A DNA stretch of 31,049 nt from the NCBI GenBank assembly GCA_002269645.1, contig NIVC01002478.1, positions 139,697 to 170,745 of the forward strand. Direction: 5' to 3'. Source of the DNA: Macrostomum lignano (taxonomy: Eukaryota). Under the pieces are notes generated by a model that was not told the DNA's origin, searched no databases, and worked only from the letters and a program-made list of their open reading frames with translations. Position numbers and translations under genes: made by a program. Positions within the stretch are counted from its first letter, which is position 1. Each line of letters opens with the position of its first letter. Below are positions 20,974-30,843 of this stretch, one piece after another.

Positions 20974-23900
20974 AATCTATCTTTAGAATAGCGAATTTGA
21001 ATAAGTTATTAAACAAACACTGTTGACTGAAGCTTTTTACAAGTAATTCCCCCATCGGCCATCATTGCAAGAACAAGAATTAGATACATTGTTACTGTCA
21101 AGCTACTTGGAGTTAGTAGTATAAATGGTACAAAAATTCAATTCATCAAAATGCCACAGGCCCCAGTATCAGCAGCCGCCGCCGCAGCCGCCAGTTCCCA
21201 AGTCGTCCTCTCCCTACACTGTCGGCCAGTTGCCGCCGTCAGCTCAGCTCACGTCAGCGTCGGCAGTCGCAGCCGCGGTAGCCGCCGCGGCCGAGTCCAA
21301 CAAGCCAACGGAGGCGCTGGCGCATCACATGTTCGAATTGGCGAAAACTTTGCAGCACAAAGCCGGCGGCAGCGCTGCATCAGCGCCAGTGTTCCAGCAG
21401 GACCCGACTGGGGGCAACAATGGGCCGCATCGCTACCTGCAGTTGGCCGCCTTTCAGGTCGGACTGTACGCCCTGGGCCTGTACAACTGCGTTAACAGCA
21501 CCTGGCAGAGTAGGACCTATTCTTCTCATGTCAGCTGGATACAGAATGTGGTGACTGAAGTTGGCACAGCTGCTCTATCAATACTGCTTGTCACCTGGAG
21601 ACAGCACCTGACACCGCCTGAGGTGGCCGTTATTGGTTAGTTTCACTTTCTTCTAGCGTTTTACAAGTACATATTGTCCTTAGATAATCTATATGTATGT
21701 ACGAACTGTGTTTTGACAATTCTAAATCATGAAATTCACAATATTGAACTGAAAACTATGATAATCGTTAAAAGATAATGATAAAAGAACTGCCACTAAG
21801 CTTGAGTCACCTCTAAGGCTTTGAGACTCGCCCTTATATCATGAGTATCGCCCCTGAGCTCATGAAAATCGCCACTAAGCTCTTGGTAGTATTCTTCCCT
21901 AACCTTAGAAGATCGCCACCAGACTTTAAAATCATTCCTAACCTATGGGGGTTGAAGCCTAGTGGTTAACGCGTCAAGCACGACTGAAAGGTCGGGGGTT
22001 CGATTCCCGACCCACTCGGAAAAAATTGTGTCCTTAAGCATTGCTTCAGTTCACCCAGCTGTAAAATGGGTGCCAGCATTACTGGGGTAATTGAGGGTGA
22101 GTGTGGCGACCCCCCAGTCCTTGGACTGAATAGCCGTACGCAGCCTTCAGATGCGCCGCGCAATAGCTGCGGCTGAGCTGTCGGTTGCACATCTGGACTA
22201 ATTAGGGCAGGTGTAATCAAATACATGTAAATTCCATTACTAGCACGTTTGTCATCTCATCGTCAATATTCGTCATCTCATCCAGCCGACAAGGTGGCCC
22301 GCAACCGGGACCAGGGCATCTGCGCGGTGGCCGCCCAACTGTGCCTCGACTGTCTGCACGAGGCGCACACGCTAAATCCGCAGGAGATCCGCCGCTGCCT
22401 AGACCAGTGCAAGGATCAGAGTCTGGAGGTGCTGGAGAAGGGACTCTACGCGGTTGACGCGTCCGCTAAGAAAATGGCAGGCGGAGTGCATCCTACTGTG
22501 CTGTTCCAGGTCTGACTTGTCTTCAACATTGTGTTTATAATAGATTTAATCTAATTTTAATTGTGTTTTCACTACCAAGAGACCTACATTGACACCCCTG
22601 AAGGCTTATATCGGCGCCCTGAAGGACCATTTAGTCTCCTTGAACGAGCATATTGTCACCCTGAAGGACCATATTGTCGCCCTGAAGGACCTTATTGTCG
22701 CCCTGAAGGACCTTGTTGTCGTCCTGAAGGACCATATTGTCAGTTGTCACCCTGAAGGACTATATTGTCACCCTGAAGGACCATATTGTCACCCTGAAGG
22801 ACTATATTGTCACCCTGAAGGACCTTATTGTCGCTCTGAAGGACCTTATCGTCACCCTGAAGGACTATATTGTCACCCTGAAGGACCTTATTGTCGCTCT
22901 GAAGGACCTTATCGTCACCCTGAAGGACCATATTGTCACCCTGAAGGACCATATTGTCACCTTGAAGGACTATATTGTCACCCTGAAGGACTATATTGTC
23001 ACATCAGACCCATCGTCACACTCGGTTCCCCTAGTAGCAGCAGACTATACCCAAGATAATGCCGCTCCTACTCCCTCACCCAGGTCGCCAAGCAGTGGTA
23101 CGAACTGTACGAGTCCTCCGCGCCGCCGGCCAGCCAGCCAGTTCAACGATCGACTGTTCCGTCAGCGGCTCGGATGCCGCCAGATGCTCCAATCATCACT
23201 TCGCAAGCGGCCGCTGCCGCCTCCGTCTTTTGGCCGCCTCCGCAGGCGCCTCCGCAGCAGCCTCCGCAGCCGCTTCCGCCTCAGTCTGCGGCGCAGTTCG
23301 CTCCAATGCCCGGCCCTCTCTACCCGCCGCCTCCTGGTTGCTACCCGGCTTCACACTTCGGTCACATGACTTCCCATCCGCCGCCCCCGCCTGCGTTCTA
23401 TTCTCCTGCCCGTCCGCCGCCGCCGCCGCCGCACTTTTACGCCAATACGCCGCCGCCACCGCCGCCGCCTCAGACTTCGAGTCAGTCGCAACAGCAGCAG
23501 CAGCACTGGACTCCTGCAGGTCTCATTGGCCCTTTCGTGCCATCTCCGCACGGTCATCACCATCAGCAGCATCAGCATTACCAACAGCAGCAGCATCATC
23601 AGGTTGTAGCTCGTTTCGCTACTCACCAACAGCAACAACAACAGCAGCAGCAGCAGCAACCAACACCTCCGCAAGCTTCAACCAAGACTCGCCAATATTT
23701 AGAGAATGCATTCAACTGCGCCCTGCGCGCAATGAAAGCATTCTATCAGCCGCCAACTAGTCGAAACGATGCGCAATTGTTCAGTAGTAGCAGTCGGGAT
23801 AACTCCAGATTCGGGCCTAACAATCAATACGGCGGCGAGGTGCAATGGGCCCTGTCTGTGGCTGTGCGGTTAGACTATAAAGCTGTAGTGGATTATTGCA

Positions 23901-24977
23901 CCCTGGTGCTTGGCTGCATCCACAAGCCGGACGTGCTCGAGCAGATTATTCGCCAGGTGTCGCTTTATTCCCAAGCGTCTCCGGCGTCTCATTCTACTCA
24001 GTCTGAGATTGTGAAGCTGACTAACCGGCTGCACAAGCTGTAAGTGGCTGATTGCATTGAGAATCGCCCTCGACCCCATCCAGAATCGTCCTCAAACCCC
24101 ATTCAGAATCGCCCTCAAACCCCACCCAGAATCGCCCTCAAACCCCACCCAGAATCGCCCTCAAACCCCATCCAGAATCGCCCTCGACCCCATTCAGAAT
24201 CGCCCTCAAACCCCACCCAGAATCGCCCTCAAACCCCACCCAGAATCGCCCTCAAACCCACCCAGAATCGTCCTCAAACCCCACCCAGAATCGTCCTCAA
24301 ACCCCACCCAGAATCGCCCTCAAACCCACCCAGAATCGCCTTTAAGCCCCATTCAGAATCGCCCTCAAACCCATTCAGAATCGCCTTCAAACCCCATCCA
24401 GAATCGCCTTCAAGCCCCATTCAGAATCGCCCTCAAACCCCATCCAGAATCGCCCTCAAACCCCATCCAGAATCGCCCTCAAACCCATTCAGAATCGCCC
24501 TCAAACCCCACCCAGAATCGCCCTCAAACCCCATCCAGAATCGCCCTCAAACCCATTCAGAATCGCCCTCAAACCCATCCAGAATCGCTCTCAAACCCCA
24601 TCCAGAATCGCCCTCAAACCCCATTCAGAATCGCCCTCAAGCCCATTCAGAATCGCCCTCAAGCCCACTCAGAATCGCCCTCAAGCCCACTCAGAATCGC
24701 CGTCAAACGCCATCGCATAAAGAACACTCTGTCACTCCCCGCCTGTTGCAGATACCACTCGTACATCGATTACCGGCTAAACCACCTGACCACCAACGAA
24801 TGGGACGATCTGGTCTCCTACATCCTGCGCGCCCATCGGGCTAAAGAAGACTTCCCGCCAATCGATCCCAATCAGCAGTGGCAGCAGTTGCTAACTAGCA
24901 TTAAAAATCATCCGAAATGCAAGAAGGACCTGTGGAATCGAATCATGGCTGGTGTACAGACTATTCACCTGCAGTGA
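7010..24977 (+). CDS. ZSWIM8: Zinc finger SWIM domain-containing protein 8 (Dora/EBAX-1 ortholog), 11 exons, about 1794 aa
   Basis: join(7010-7181,13409-14084,14885-15420,15946-16335,17354-17996,18851-19591,20471-20814,21160-21635,22286-22509,23084-24039,24752-24977). All phases are compatible; 5384 nt plus one missing C gives 1795 codons. Motifs: FEDSDRF..NWRGW, BC-box-like LTNLCAKVIA, SWIM finger CSCSCG..WCQHVVA, LRSREPEGVWNLL, SRTYSSHVSWI, HLTPPEVA. Confidence 0.93.
7334..7379. repeat. (TTACAC)n microsatellite
   Basis: About 7 tandem hexamers. Confidence 0.9.
7643..8160. mobile_element. Non-autonomous DNA element, unassigned family, older copy A
   Basis: Termini CTATAGTCCGGATCATG / CATGATCTAGAGTGTGG resemble those of copy B. 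8-bp TSD TGTGCAAT/TATGCAAT. Internal TGCAYGCC motifs. Confidence 0.65.
8204..8809. mobile_element. Non-autonomous DNA element, unassigned family, copy B
   Basis: TIRs of about 34 bp: CCATATTGCGGA..TACGCCAGAAA and TTTCTGGCGTA..TCCGCAATATAG. Perfect 8-bp TSD GCGCAGGT (8196-8203, 8810-8817). About 9 internal GTAYGCC motifs. Confidence 0.8.
9014..9654. mobile_element. hAT-type MITE
   Basis: TIR TAGTGTTCC / GGAACACTA fits the hAT YARNG start. 8-bp TSD TAATATAG/TAATATAA. Clustered subterminal CCRTAGC/GTAGC repeats at both ends. Confidence 0.75.
10636..11786. repeat. 9 x 128-bp tandem array inside the mariner derivative
   Basis: Near-identical units with 128-bp periodicity (one unit is 127 bp), bounded by CACTGT at 10636 and 11787. 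Confidence 0.97.
11705..12186 (+). pseudogene. Mariner DD34D transposase remnant
   Basis: LLDTNARLTVCEIVDMLG (second HTH) and KILAHWV, then a deletion to HHDNAHPH...FSPDLSPADF with 34 residues between the two Asp. Ends ...GDYVEK..DD TAA at 12184-12186. Confidence 0.88.
13409..14084 (+). CDS. ZSWIM8: ZSWIM8 exon 2 (BC-box, SWIM finger)
   Basis: Acceptor TTAAACAG|AT; PPVPEELQLKISFYSFP.SEDDIRLYCCLA...GAPDPTAG; donor TG|GTGAGC. Confidence 0.95.
14198..14804. repeat. 24-bp minisatellite (GCCAGAATAGAACTGTCAGGCGGC)n, ZSWIM8 intron 2
   Basis: About 25 tandem units; a variant block recurs at 216 bp (9 units). Confidence 0.97.
14885..15420 (+). CDS. ZSWIM8: ZSWIM8 exon 3
   Basis: Acceptor CTCAG|G; (W)YVD...LRKFCSP...REPEGVWNLL...FCDELVNVWRLA; donor G|GTGAGT. 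Confidence 0.94.
15421..15922. repeat. 28-bp minisatellite (CTCAGTTSCTGGGCCAGCCTCTCAGATC)n, ZSWIM8 intron 3
   Basis: About 18 tandem units beginning at the donor site. Confidence 0.96.
15946..16335 (+). CDS. ZSWIM8: ZSWIM8 exon 4
   Basis: Acceptor CTCTTCAG|CT; MFPGFKAAIEACQVSWD; polyA and polyQ tracts; donor G|GTAAGT. Confidence 0.9.
16468..16830 (-). mobile_element. Probable 3' end of a non-LTR retrotransposon ORF2 plus 3' UTR
   Basis: Minus-strand peptides HFVCHCPAFKRDRLHHL and LDDACRPENIPRLIWFLRATKR resemble the C-terminal zinc-knuckle tail of LINE ORF2. GC-rich island in an AT-rich intron, ending in a short GAGTCAA repeat. Confidence 0.5.
17354..17996 (+). CDS. ZSWIM8: ZSWIM8 exon 5
   Basis: Acceptor TTTTCAG|AT; LFNRCEALHAHGY..EA..LA, RALEVKL; donor AG|GTTAGT. 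Confidence 0.85.
18112..18640. repeat. Pyrimidine-rich CCCATC/TTCCCATC repeat, ZSWIM8 intron 5
   Basis: Low-complexity tandem array of 6- and 8-nt modules, almost G-free on the + strand. Confidence 0.95.
18851..19591 (+). CDS. ZSWIM8: ZSWIM8 exon 6 (one C apparently missing at 18974-18976)
   Basis: LPIVLAQYIFEVL is in one frame and DEQLGFRTALAALSM..VSEHEHPLLVEG.RRQKDDLA..YKDD in the next. Adding a C to the CCC run joins them. Probable GC donor GAG|GCGAGT. Confidence 0.85.
19673..20427. repeat. Purine-rich 22-bp / 44-bp dimeric minisatellite, ZSWIM8 intron 6
   Basis: Monomer GAGTGACGGGAGAGGACAGAGG in the 5' part; dimer GAGTGACGGGCGAGGGCAGAGTGGGTGAAGGGAGAGGACRGAGG in the 3' part. Confidence 0.97.
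20471..20814 (+). CDS. ZSWIM8: ZSWIM8 exon 7
   Basis: Acceptor CTCTCTGCTCATTCCAG|ATG; DSSAPETTSSDNSPT; donor AG|GTATTA. Confidence 0.88.
20872..20982. repeat. Compound (GTCT)n(ATCT)n microsatellite, intron 7
   Basis: Directly visible. Confidence 0.97.
21160..21635 (+). CDS. ZSWIM8: ZSWIM8 exon 8
   Basis: EALAHHMFELAK..KAGG, GPHRYLQLAAFQVGLYALGLYN, SRTYSSHVSWI, HLTPPEVA; donor G|GTTAGT. Confidence 0.95.
21947..22164 (+). mobile_element. tRNA-derived CORE-like SINE (copy 2), in ZSWIM8 intron 8
   Basis: Colinear with 1332-1591, with A-box, B-box GGTTCGATTCC and a shared 3' body. About 17 nt of the CORE-like part are deleted. Confidence 0.85.
22286..22509 (+). CDS. ZSWIM8: ZSWIM8 exon 9
   Basis: (A)DKVAR..AAQLCLDCL..AHTLNPQEIRRCLDQCKDQ..LEK..GGVHPTVLFQ; donor CAG|GTCTGA. 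Confidence 0.93.
22590..23000. repeat. 21-bp minisatellite (CACCCTGAAGGACYWTATTGT)n, ZSWIM8 intron 9
   Basis: About 19 tandem units. Confidence 0.96.
23084..24039 (+). CDS. ZSWIM8: ZSWIM8 exon 10
   Basis: Acceptor CCCAG|GTC; VAKQWYELYE, Pro/Gln-rich region, YLENAFNCALRAM, YGGEVQWAL; donor CT|GTAAGT. Confidence 0.9.
24060..24712. repeat. 22/23-bp minisatellite (CAGAATCGCCCTCAAACCC[C]AYY)n, ZSWIM8 intron 10
   Basis: About 29 tandem units. Confidence 0.97.
24752..24977 (+). CDS. ZSWIM8: ZSWIM8 exon 11 (terminal)
   Basis: Acceptor TGTTGCAG|A; YIDYRLNHLT..WDDLVSYILRA..WQQLLTSIK..KCKKDLW; TGA at 24975-24977. Confidence 0.88.
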
Positions 24978-25269
24978 CTCTCTGGCCCGCTCAGTCACAT
25001 TCTAGTCACCATGATTATAAGTGCGTCATTTGTGGGCCGCTTAAACTTCATTAATACTCTCCGCTTGTTGGTTGTCACGTCGAATTGAAATTCTGCTTTT
25101 TTCACCTATATAAACATCTGGTTGTTGCGCATTGGCTGAGAAGTTTGCTCACTGGTTTGCAATACTGCTAGCTAGTTTCTCTGCTAATTCCTTCCTGATG
25201 CACCCATCTCTATCCATCTCTTTCTCTCATTCTTCCGTAGTCTCAACCCTCCGCGTTTTACCTTCTCCA

Positions 25270-25890
25270 TCTCACCCTCCATTTCACCCTACCCCCATCC
25301 ACCCTCCTTCCATCTCGCCCTCTATCTCACTCTCCTTCCACCTCACCCTCCATCTCACCCTGCCCCCATCTCACCCTCTATCTCACCCTCCTTCCATCTC
25401 ACCCTCGATCTCATCCTCCTTCCATCTCACCCTCCATCTCACCCTGCCCCATCTCACCCTCTATCTCACCCTCCTTCCATCTCACCCTCTATCTCACTCT
25501 CCTTCCATCTCACCCTCTATCTCACTCTCCTTCCATCTCACCCTCTATCTCACTCTCCTTCCATCTCACCCTCTATCTCACCCTCCTTCCATCTCACCCT
25601 CTATCTCACTCTCCTTCCATCTCACCCTCTATCTCACTCTCCTTCCATCTCACCCTCTATCTCACTCTCCTTCCATCTCACCCTCTATCTCACTCTCCTT
25701 CCATCTCACCCTCTATCTCACTCTCCTTCCATCTCACCCTCTATCTCACTCTCCTTCCATCTCACCCTCCATCTCACCCTCGATCTCATCCTCCTTCCAT
25801 CTCACCTAAATTTCATCCTGCCCCCATCTCACCCATGACTAACTATCTCACCCTTCATCTCACCCTCCATCTCACCCTCCATGTCACACT
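25270..25890. repeat. Polypyrimidine 28-bp (12+16) minisatellite (CTCACCCTCTATCTCACTCTCCTTCCAT)n
   Basis: Directly visible, with degenerate edges. Confidence 0.95.
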
Positions 25891-26747
25891 CCCATCGCAT
25901 CTCTTATTTCACGTTCCCTTCCTCTCACCCTACTATCTCACCCTGCCTCCAGGTCCAGCACAACCTTCTCACCCTCCATATCACCGTCAATCTTCATCTC
26001 CCCACCCCAGCCTCCTTATATATTTCTCTTATCAGTAGGCTCCCTTACCATGAATAAAAAACTTTTTTTGAGTCCCTTTGCTCTGTCTGATATTGTTACT
26101 GTTTCGTGACTGGTACTATCAATAATGACTCATTGATGGACAGTTGCTCATCTCTAGGCTTGTTGCTTGCAAGACATTGAAATTGACTTAATAAAAATTT
26201 GTCTGTCTCTTGATTTACGTCAGTTCATTTAGCTGTTTTCATTTTTTAGTCCTATTTATTAGTTATCTCGTTTTTCTCTATTAATAGGTGTCGATCTGAT
26301 TGTAAAATGCACACCATTTTTTGTTTTTATATACCGCTAATCTCACTGTGTTGTGTTTGCACCGATTTAGAAATAATGCATTACGATATATATATATATA
26401 TATATTGCGTAAAAATCATATAATATTAGAATAAAATAAAGAATTACTTAATTTTCCGCTGCTGTTGATTTTCTGTTGCTTCAAATTTTCGATTCTGTCC
26501 GCTTCTTTTTTTAAACAAACGATAACGATGTTGTTCCATGATATCGTGTTTTTTTTAACTTCCATCATCTCCTGTTGAGTTGATGAACTCTGCTTTTTTA
26601 TGTTTCTTTGCTTGTTTTTTTACTGCTTGTCAACATTGATCTGCAGTATCAGATATTTGTTTATTCACTCACTAAGTTGTAGGACTCAACCTTAACGTGA
26701 TCAACAGTTCACTGGCTTTCTATTACCTTTGTCTATAGATTGGGATT

Positions 26748-28045
26748 GATAGCTTCCGTTTGTCAATAATCTGGTAGGTGATAACTTCCGGTTGTCAATA
26801 ATCTGGTAGGTGATAACTTCCGGTTGTCAATAATCTGGTAGGTGATAACTTCCGGTTTTCAATAATCTGGTAGGTGATAACTTCCGGTTGTCAATAATCT
26901 GGTAGGTGATAACTTCCGGTTGTCAATAATCTGCTAGGTGATAACTTCCGGTCACTGTCTGGTAGTTAATAGCTTCCGGTTGTCAATAATCTGATGAGTC
27001 ATCAAATCGGGTGATAACGATAACTTCCGGTTGTCACTGGCTGGAAGTCAATAGCTTCCGGTTGTAACTGTATGGTAGTTAATAGCTTCCGGTTGTGTAC
27101 GAGCGTATAATCTGATAGTTGATAGCTTCCAGTTGTCAATACTCTGATATTTGATAGCTTAGTTGATAGCTTCCGGTTGCCAATAATCTGGGACGTTATA
27201 ACTTCCGGTTGTCACTGTCTGATAGTTAATGGCTTATAGTTGTCACTGTCTGGTAGTCAATAGCTTCCGGTTTTCACTGTCCGATAGTTAATAGCTTCTG
27301 GTTGTCACTGTCTGGTAGTCAATAGCTTCCGGTTTTCACTGTCTGGTAGCCAATAGCTTCCGGTTGTTACTGTCTGATAGTTAATAGCTTCCGGTTGTAA
27401 CTGTATGGTAGTTGATAACTTCCGATTGTCACTGGTAGTTAATAGCTTCCGATTGTCAATACTCTGATAGTTGATAGCTTCCGGTTATCGATAATCTGAT
27501 AGTTGATAACTTCCGGTTGTCAATACTCTGATAGTTGATAGCTTCCGGTTATCGATAATCTGATTGTTGATAACTTCCGGTTGTCAATACTCTGATAGTT
27601 GATAGCTTCCGGTTATCGATAATCTGATAGTTGATAACTTCCGGTTGTCAATACTCTGATAGTTGATAGCTTCCGGTTATCGATAATCTGATAGTTGATA
27701 ACTTCCGGTTGTCAATACTCTGATAGTTGATAGCTTCCGGTTATCGATAATCTGATAGTTGATAACTTCCGGTTGTCAATACTCTGATAGTTGATAGCTT
27801 CCGGTTATCGATAATCTGATAGTTGATAACTTCCGGTTGTCAATACTCTGATAGTTGATAGCTTCCGGTTATCGATAATCTGATAGTTGATAACTTCCGG
27901 TTGTCAATACTCTGATAGTTGATAGCTTCCGGTTATCGATAATCTGATTGTTGATAACTTCCGGTTGTCAATACTCTGATAGTTGATAGCTTCCGGTTAT
28001 CGATAATCTGATAGTTGATAACTTCCGGTTGTCAATAATCTGGTA
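26748..28045. repeat. 32-bp minisatellite with RCTTCCGGTT core and a 64-bp higher-order zone
   Basis: About 40 units. Monomer GATAACTTCCGGTTGTCAATAATCTGGTAGGT in the 5' part; alternating dimer at about 27455-28030. Confidence 0.96.
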
Positions 28046-28589
28046 AGACTGAAAATATTTACCCCTGCTACTGAAAGTCCCAATTATTGCGTCTAATTAA
28101 TACAATACTGCAGCGTTTTATCAGTTCTGTAAAGCCATTTTGCTGCTATTAGTTTCCAGACACGTCAGACTTACTGTCTATCAGATTAATTTAATTGATG
28201 ATTCAACTTCAAGCTGCATACAATAAGTAACAACAGTTGTATCGTATTTGTTAACAAAATAAACCGCTTACTGTGTGTGCGTGTGCGCTGTCTTTATATC
28301 AATTTTTGTTTTCCTTTAGTTTTAATTGATTGATTGATGAGCCCGTCTGTCATTGCTTATTTAGCAAAATTACCCGAAACACTCCGATCTGCGATACAAC
28401 CTTTTGATTGTTCAGTTTATTTAATTTTTCCTTTAGTATGGGTTTAGTACTTACTCATAATTCCATGTGAAATGAAAAATGAAGCGAATTGATGCTTTCA
28501 AATTGCATTAACAGCACAGTTTCGCCCCTTCACAGCACAATGTCATCCCTCCATCACAGAAGCACCCCCAGTACAGGCTCCCCCCAAGC

Positions 28590-29093
28590 ACAGCGTCACC
28601 TCCCACCCCCCCCCAAGCACAGCGTCACCCCCCCCCAACCACAGCGTCACCCAACAACCCCAAGCACAGCGTCACCCCCAACCCCCAAGCACAGCGTCAC
28701 CCCCAACCCCCAAGCACAGCGTCACCCCAACCCCCCCTCCTCAAGCACAGCGTCACCCCAACCCCCAAGAACGGCGTCACCCCCAAGCACAGCGTCACCC
28801 CCAACCCCTCCCCAAGCACAGCGTCACCCCCAACCCCCCCCCAACCACAGCGTCACCCACAACCCTCCCCAAGCCCAGCGTCACCCCAACCCCCCCCCAA
28901 GCACAGCGTCACCCCAACTCCCCCAAGCACAACGTCACCCCAACCCCCCCCCCAACCACAGCGTCACCCCAACCCCCCAAGCACAGCGTCACCCCAACCC
29001 TCCCAAGCACAGCGTCACCCCAACCCTCCCAAGCACAGCGTCACCCCAACCCTCCCAAGCACAGCGCGTCCCGCCAGCGCAGCACAGCGTCAC
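28590..29093. repeat. C-rich 26-30-bp minisatellite (AGCACAGCGTCACCCCAACCC(C/T)nCA)n
   Basis: Invariant CACAGCGTCACCC core with variable C-runs. Confidence 0.95.
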
Positions 29094-30170
29094 TATGTGT
29101 AACAAAACGAAGCACTCTGGTATCTGGTATCGCTCGTAGATAGTTTTTTTTTATTCCTATGGATATATTGTTACACTAATGATTTCAATAACTCAGCCCT
29201 AACCCATCCCACACCTAGTGCGGTACACACGACTGTAATGAAATGATTCTAAAAGCAGAAAAGGCCACGATTTGACACCACACAATCGAAAGTTTATATT
29301 TGCTGTTTTGAACACTTAAACGCATGTATGACAATGACGCTCTGTTTTTTAAACTTTGATCGAAACACAAGTGCACGTGTCCGTAATTTGAAGCACGACA
29401 TCTGAACATCTGAATAGAGTATATATATAAATATATCGATTTTCTAGTTCCTACATTATAGGGATATGTTAAAATATAATAAACGCCGAATAAATTATAT
29501 AATATTCTATGAGTATAAATATAAATGCACACGAACACAGACTTAAACAGGTAGATGTGGATGAATGCATTGATAAATAGATTAACAGATTAACAAACAC
29601 AAGGACAAGTTTAACAAAACTAGAAAATAGTTTAGTAGAGTGTAGTATAACTATAGATCCAATATAAAACAAAATATGCATCATTGATATTCTGGAAAGC
29701 GAATTAAAAAATTCTATCTGCCATATTCTAAGAAACAAAAAAACAACGGGATTTTCGGAACTATGATAAAAATAATTAAGACTAATTTAGGTTAGCTGGG
29801 CTTCACAAATTCGTAATTAGAAGTTGTCACTCTTCCTGTTATCGTTTTCGCAAGCTCATTGGATTTTGTGCTCACAAGAAACAAAAATAAGCGTCACTAC
29901 TGGCATAGAAAGAACACAGAAGCATATCAAGAGTTATCTTATAGTGTTACGAAATATATGTAACGACAATTTTTTCAGGAAACACGACTAATGTTCTGAC
30001 AAAATTGTTCACAGCTCGTTCTTGTACTCTTACTATAGTTGCTTCACGTTTCTGACATTTAATCTTGCTCTTAGATTCCTTAATATTCTTCAGGTCTGCT
30101 CAGAGTGCTATCAAAATCGGTCGAGCGTATAATCTTGCATAGCTACCAGTCGTCTTCATACTAGGGATCT

Positions 30171-30344
30171 TCACTTCTTGCGCAGATGATGCCACATGGC
30201 CACTGGCTTGCGCAGCGAAGTGACCATCTGCTGCCAGTGAGTTAGCTCCGTTCCGCCAGTCTGCGAGCCAATAATCACGTGACCAATGCTAGCTAGGCGA
30301 CCGTCATGGCGAATCTCGGCTACGGTTATGCGCAGCTGCACAGC
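30171..30344 (-). CDS. SYT12: Synaptotagmin-12-like, terminal exon (C2B C-terminus)
   Basis: Missed by the ORF track. Acceptor CCCCCTCAG|GCT; AVQLRITVAEIRHDGRLASIGHVIIGSQTGGTELTHWQQMVTSLRKPVAMWHHLRKK*. Matches the recalled SYT12 tail (LRVTVAE..VGHVIIG..THWNQML.TLRRPVSMWH). Confidence 0.8.
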   Translation of the reverse strand, partial: AVQLRITVAEIRHDGRLASIGHVIIGSQTGGTELTHWQQMVTSLRKPVAMWHHLRKK

Positions 30345-30843
30345 CTGAGGGGGTGTGAAGGTTCAAGGGTAGAGAAGTTTCAATTCTCAACCGGCTTGCA
30401 CGCCGGCCAATGGGAGAATTAGCTGGGCAAGAAAATGAGGGTATGGACTGACTAACAACTGCATGTACATTAAAACCAACGGCGGAGTGGGGTGTGGTGT
30501 TCAAGGGTAAAGAGATTTTACAGTTAGTCAGCCACGGCCAGCCAATGAGAGAAGAGGGAACGGAAATTAGCTAGCTATAATAGACTTAGGGCGTCGTACT
30601 ATAAAAGCAGTCGTAGCGTAAGTTCGATCGTACGTCGGACTTTTACACTACGGAGATGGGAGCTAAGAACGATCTCATCTTACGATGGCTTTATAGAACG
30701 GCCAGCTCCCTAGAACGCCCATCTCACTCCGTTTTGTTTCAATGTGCGCGCAGGAGATTCAGTTAGAGTTTTACTCAGCCTCGGCATGTACGCCAGCCAA
30801 TGTACATTGAACACAAAAACTTTATAACCGAATTGCAAACTAC

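Noticed and set aside
21790-21945. Spaced TCGCCMC motifs and CCTAACC telomere-like words
   Set aside because: Too degenerate to define a unit, and there is no true TTAGGG array.
22589-23000. Heptad IVTLKDY coiled-coil-like ORF
   Set aside because: Artefact of the 21-bp unit; exon 9 splices in phase to 23084.
24044-24751. Long ORFs with PESPSNPIQNRPQ repeats
   Set aside because: Intron 10 minisatellite; only the part from 24752 is homologous to ZSWIM8.
29520-29770. Possible decayed coding sequence in AT-rich DNA
   Set aside because: Several stops and no recognisable motif.
30260-30610. Cluster of CCAAT boxes, CACGTG and TATAAAAG suggesting a promoter or LTR
   Set aside because: The first CCAAT and CACGTG motifs are antisense SYT12 coding sequence and the others lie in its intron duplication. 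There are no LTR termini and no downstream ORF.
30786-30800. 15-bp identity with MITE copy B (8681-8695)
   Set aside because: About one chance 15-mer pair is expected in a window this size.
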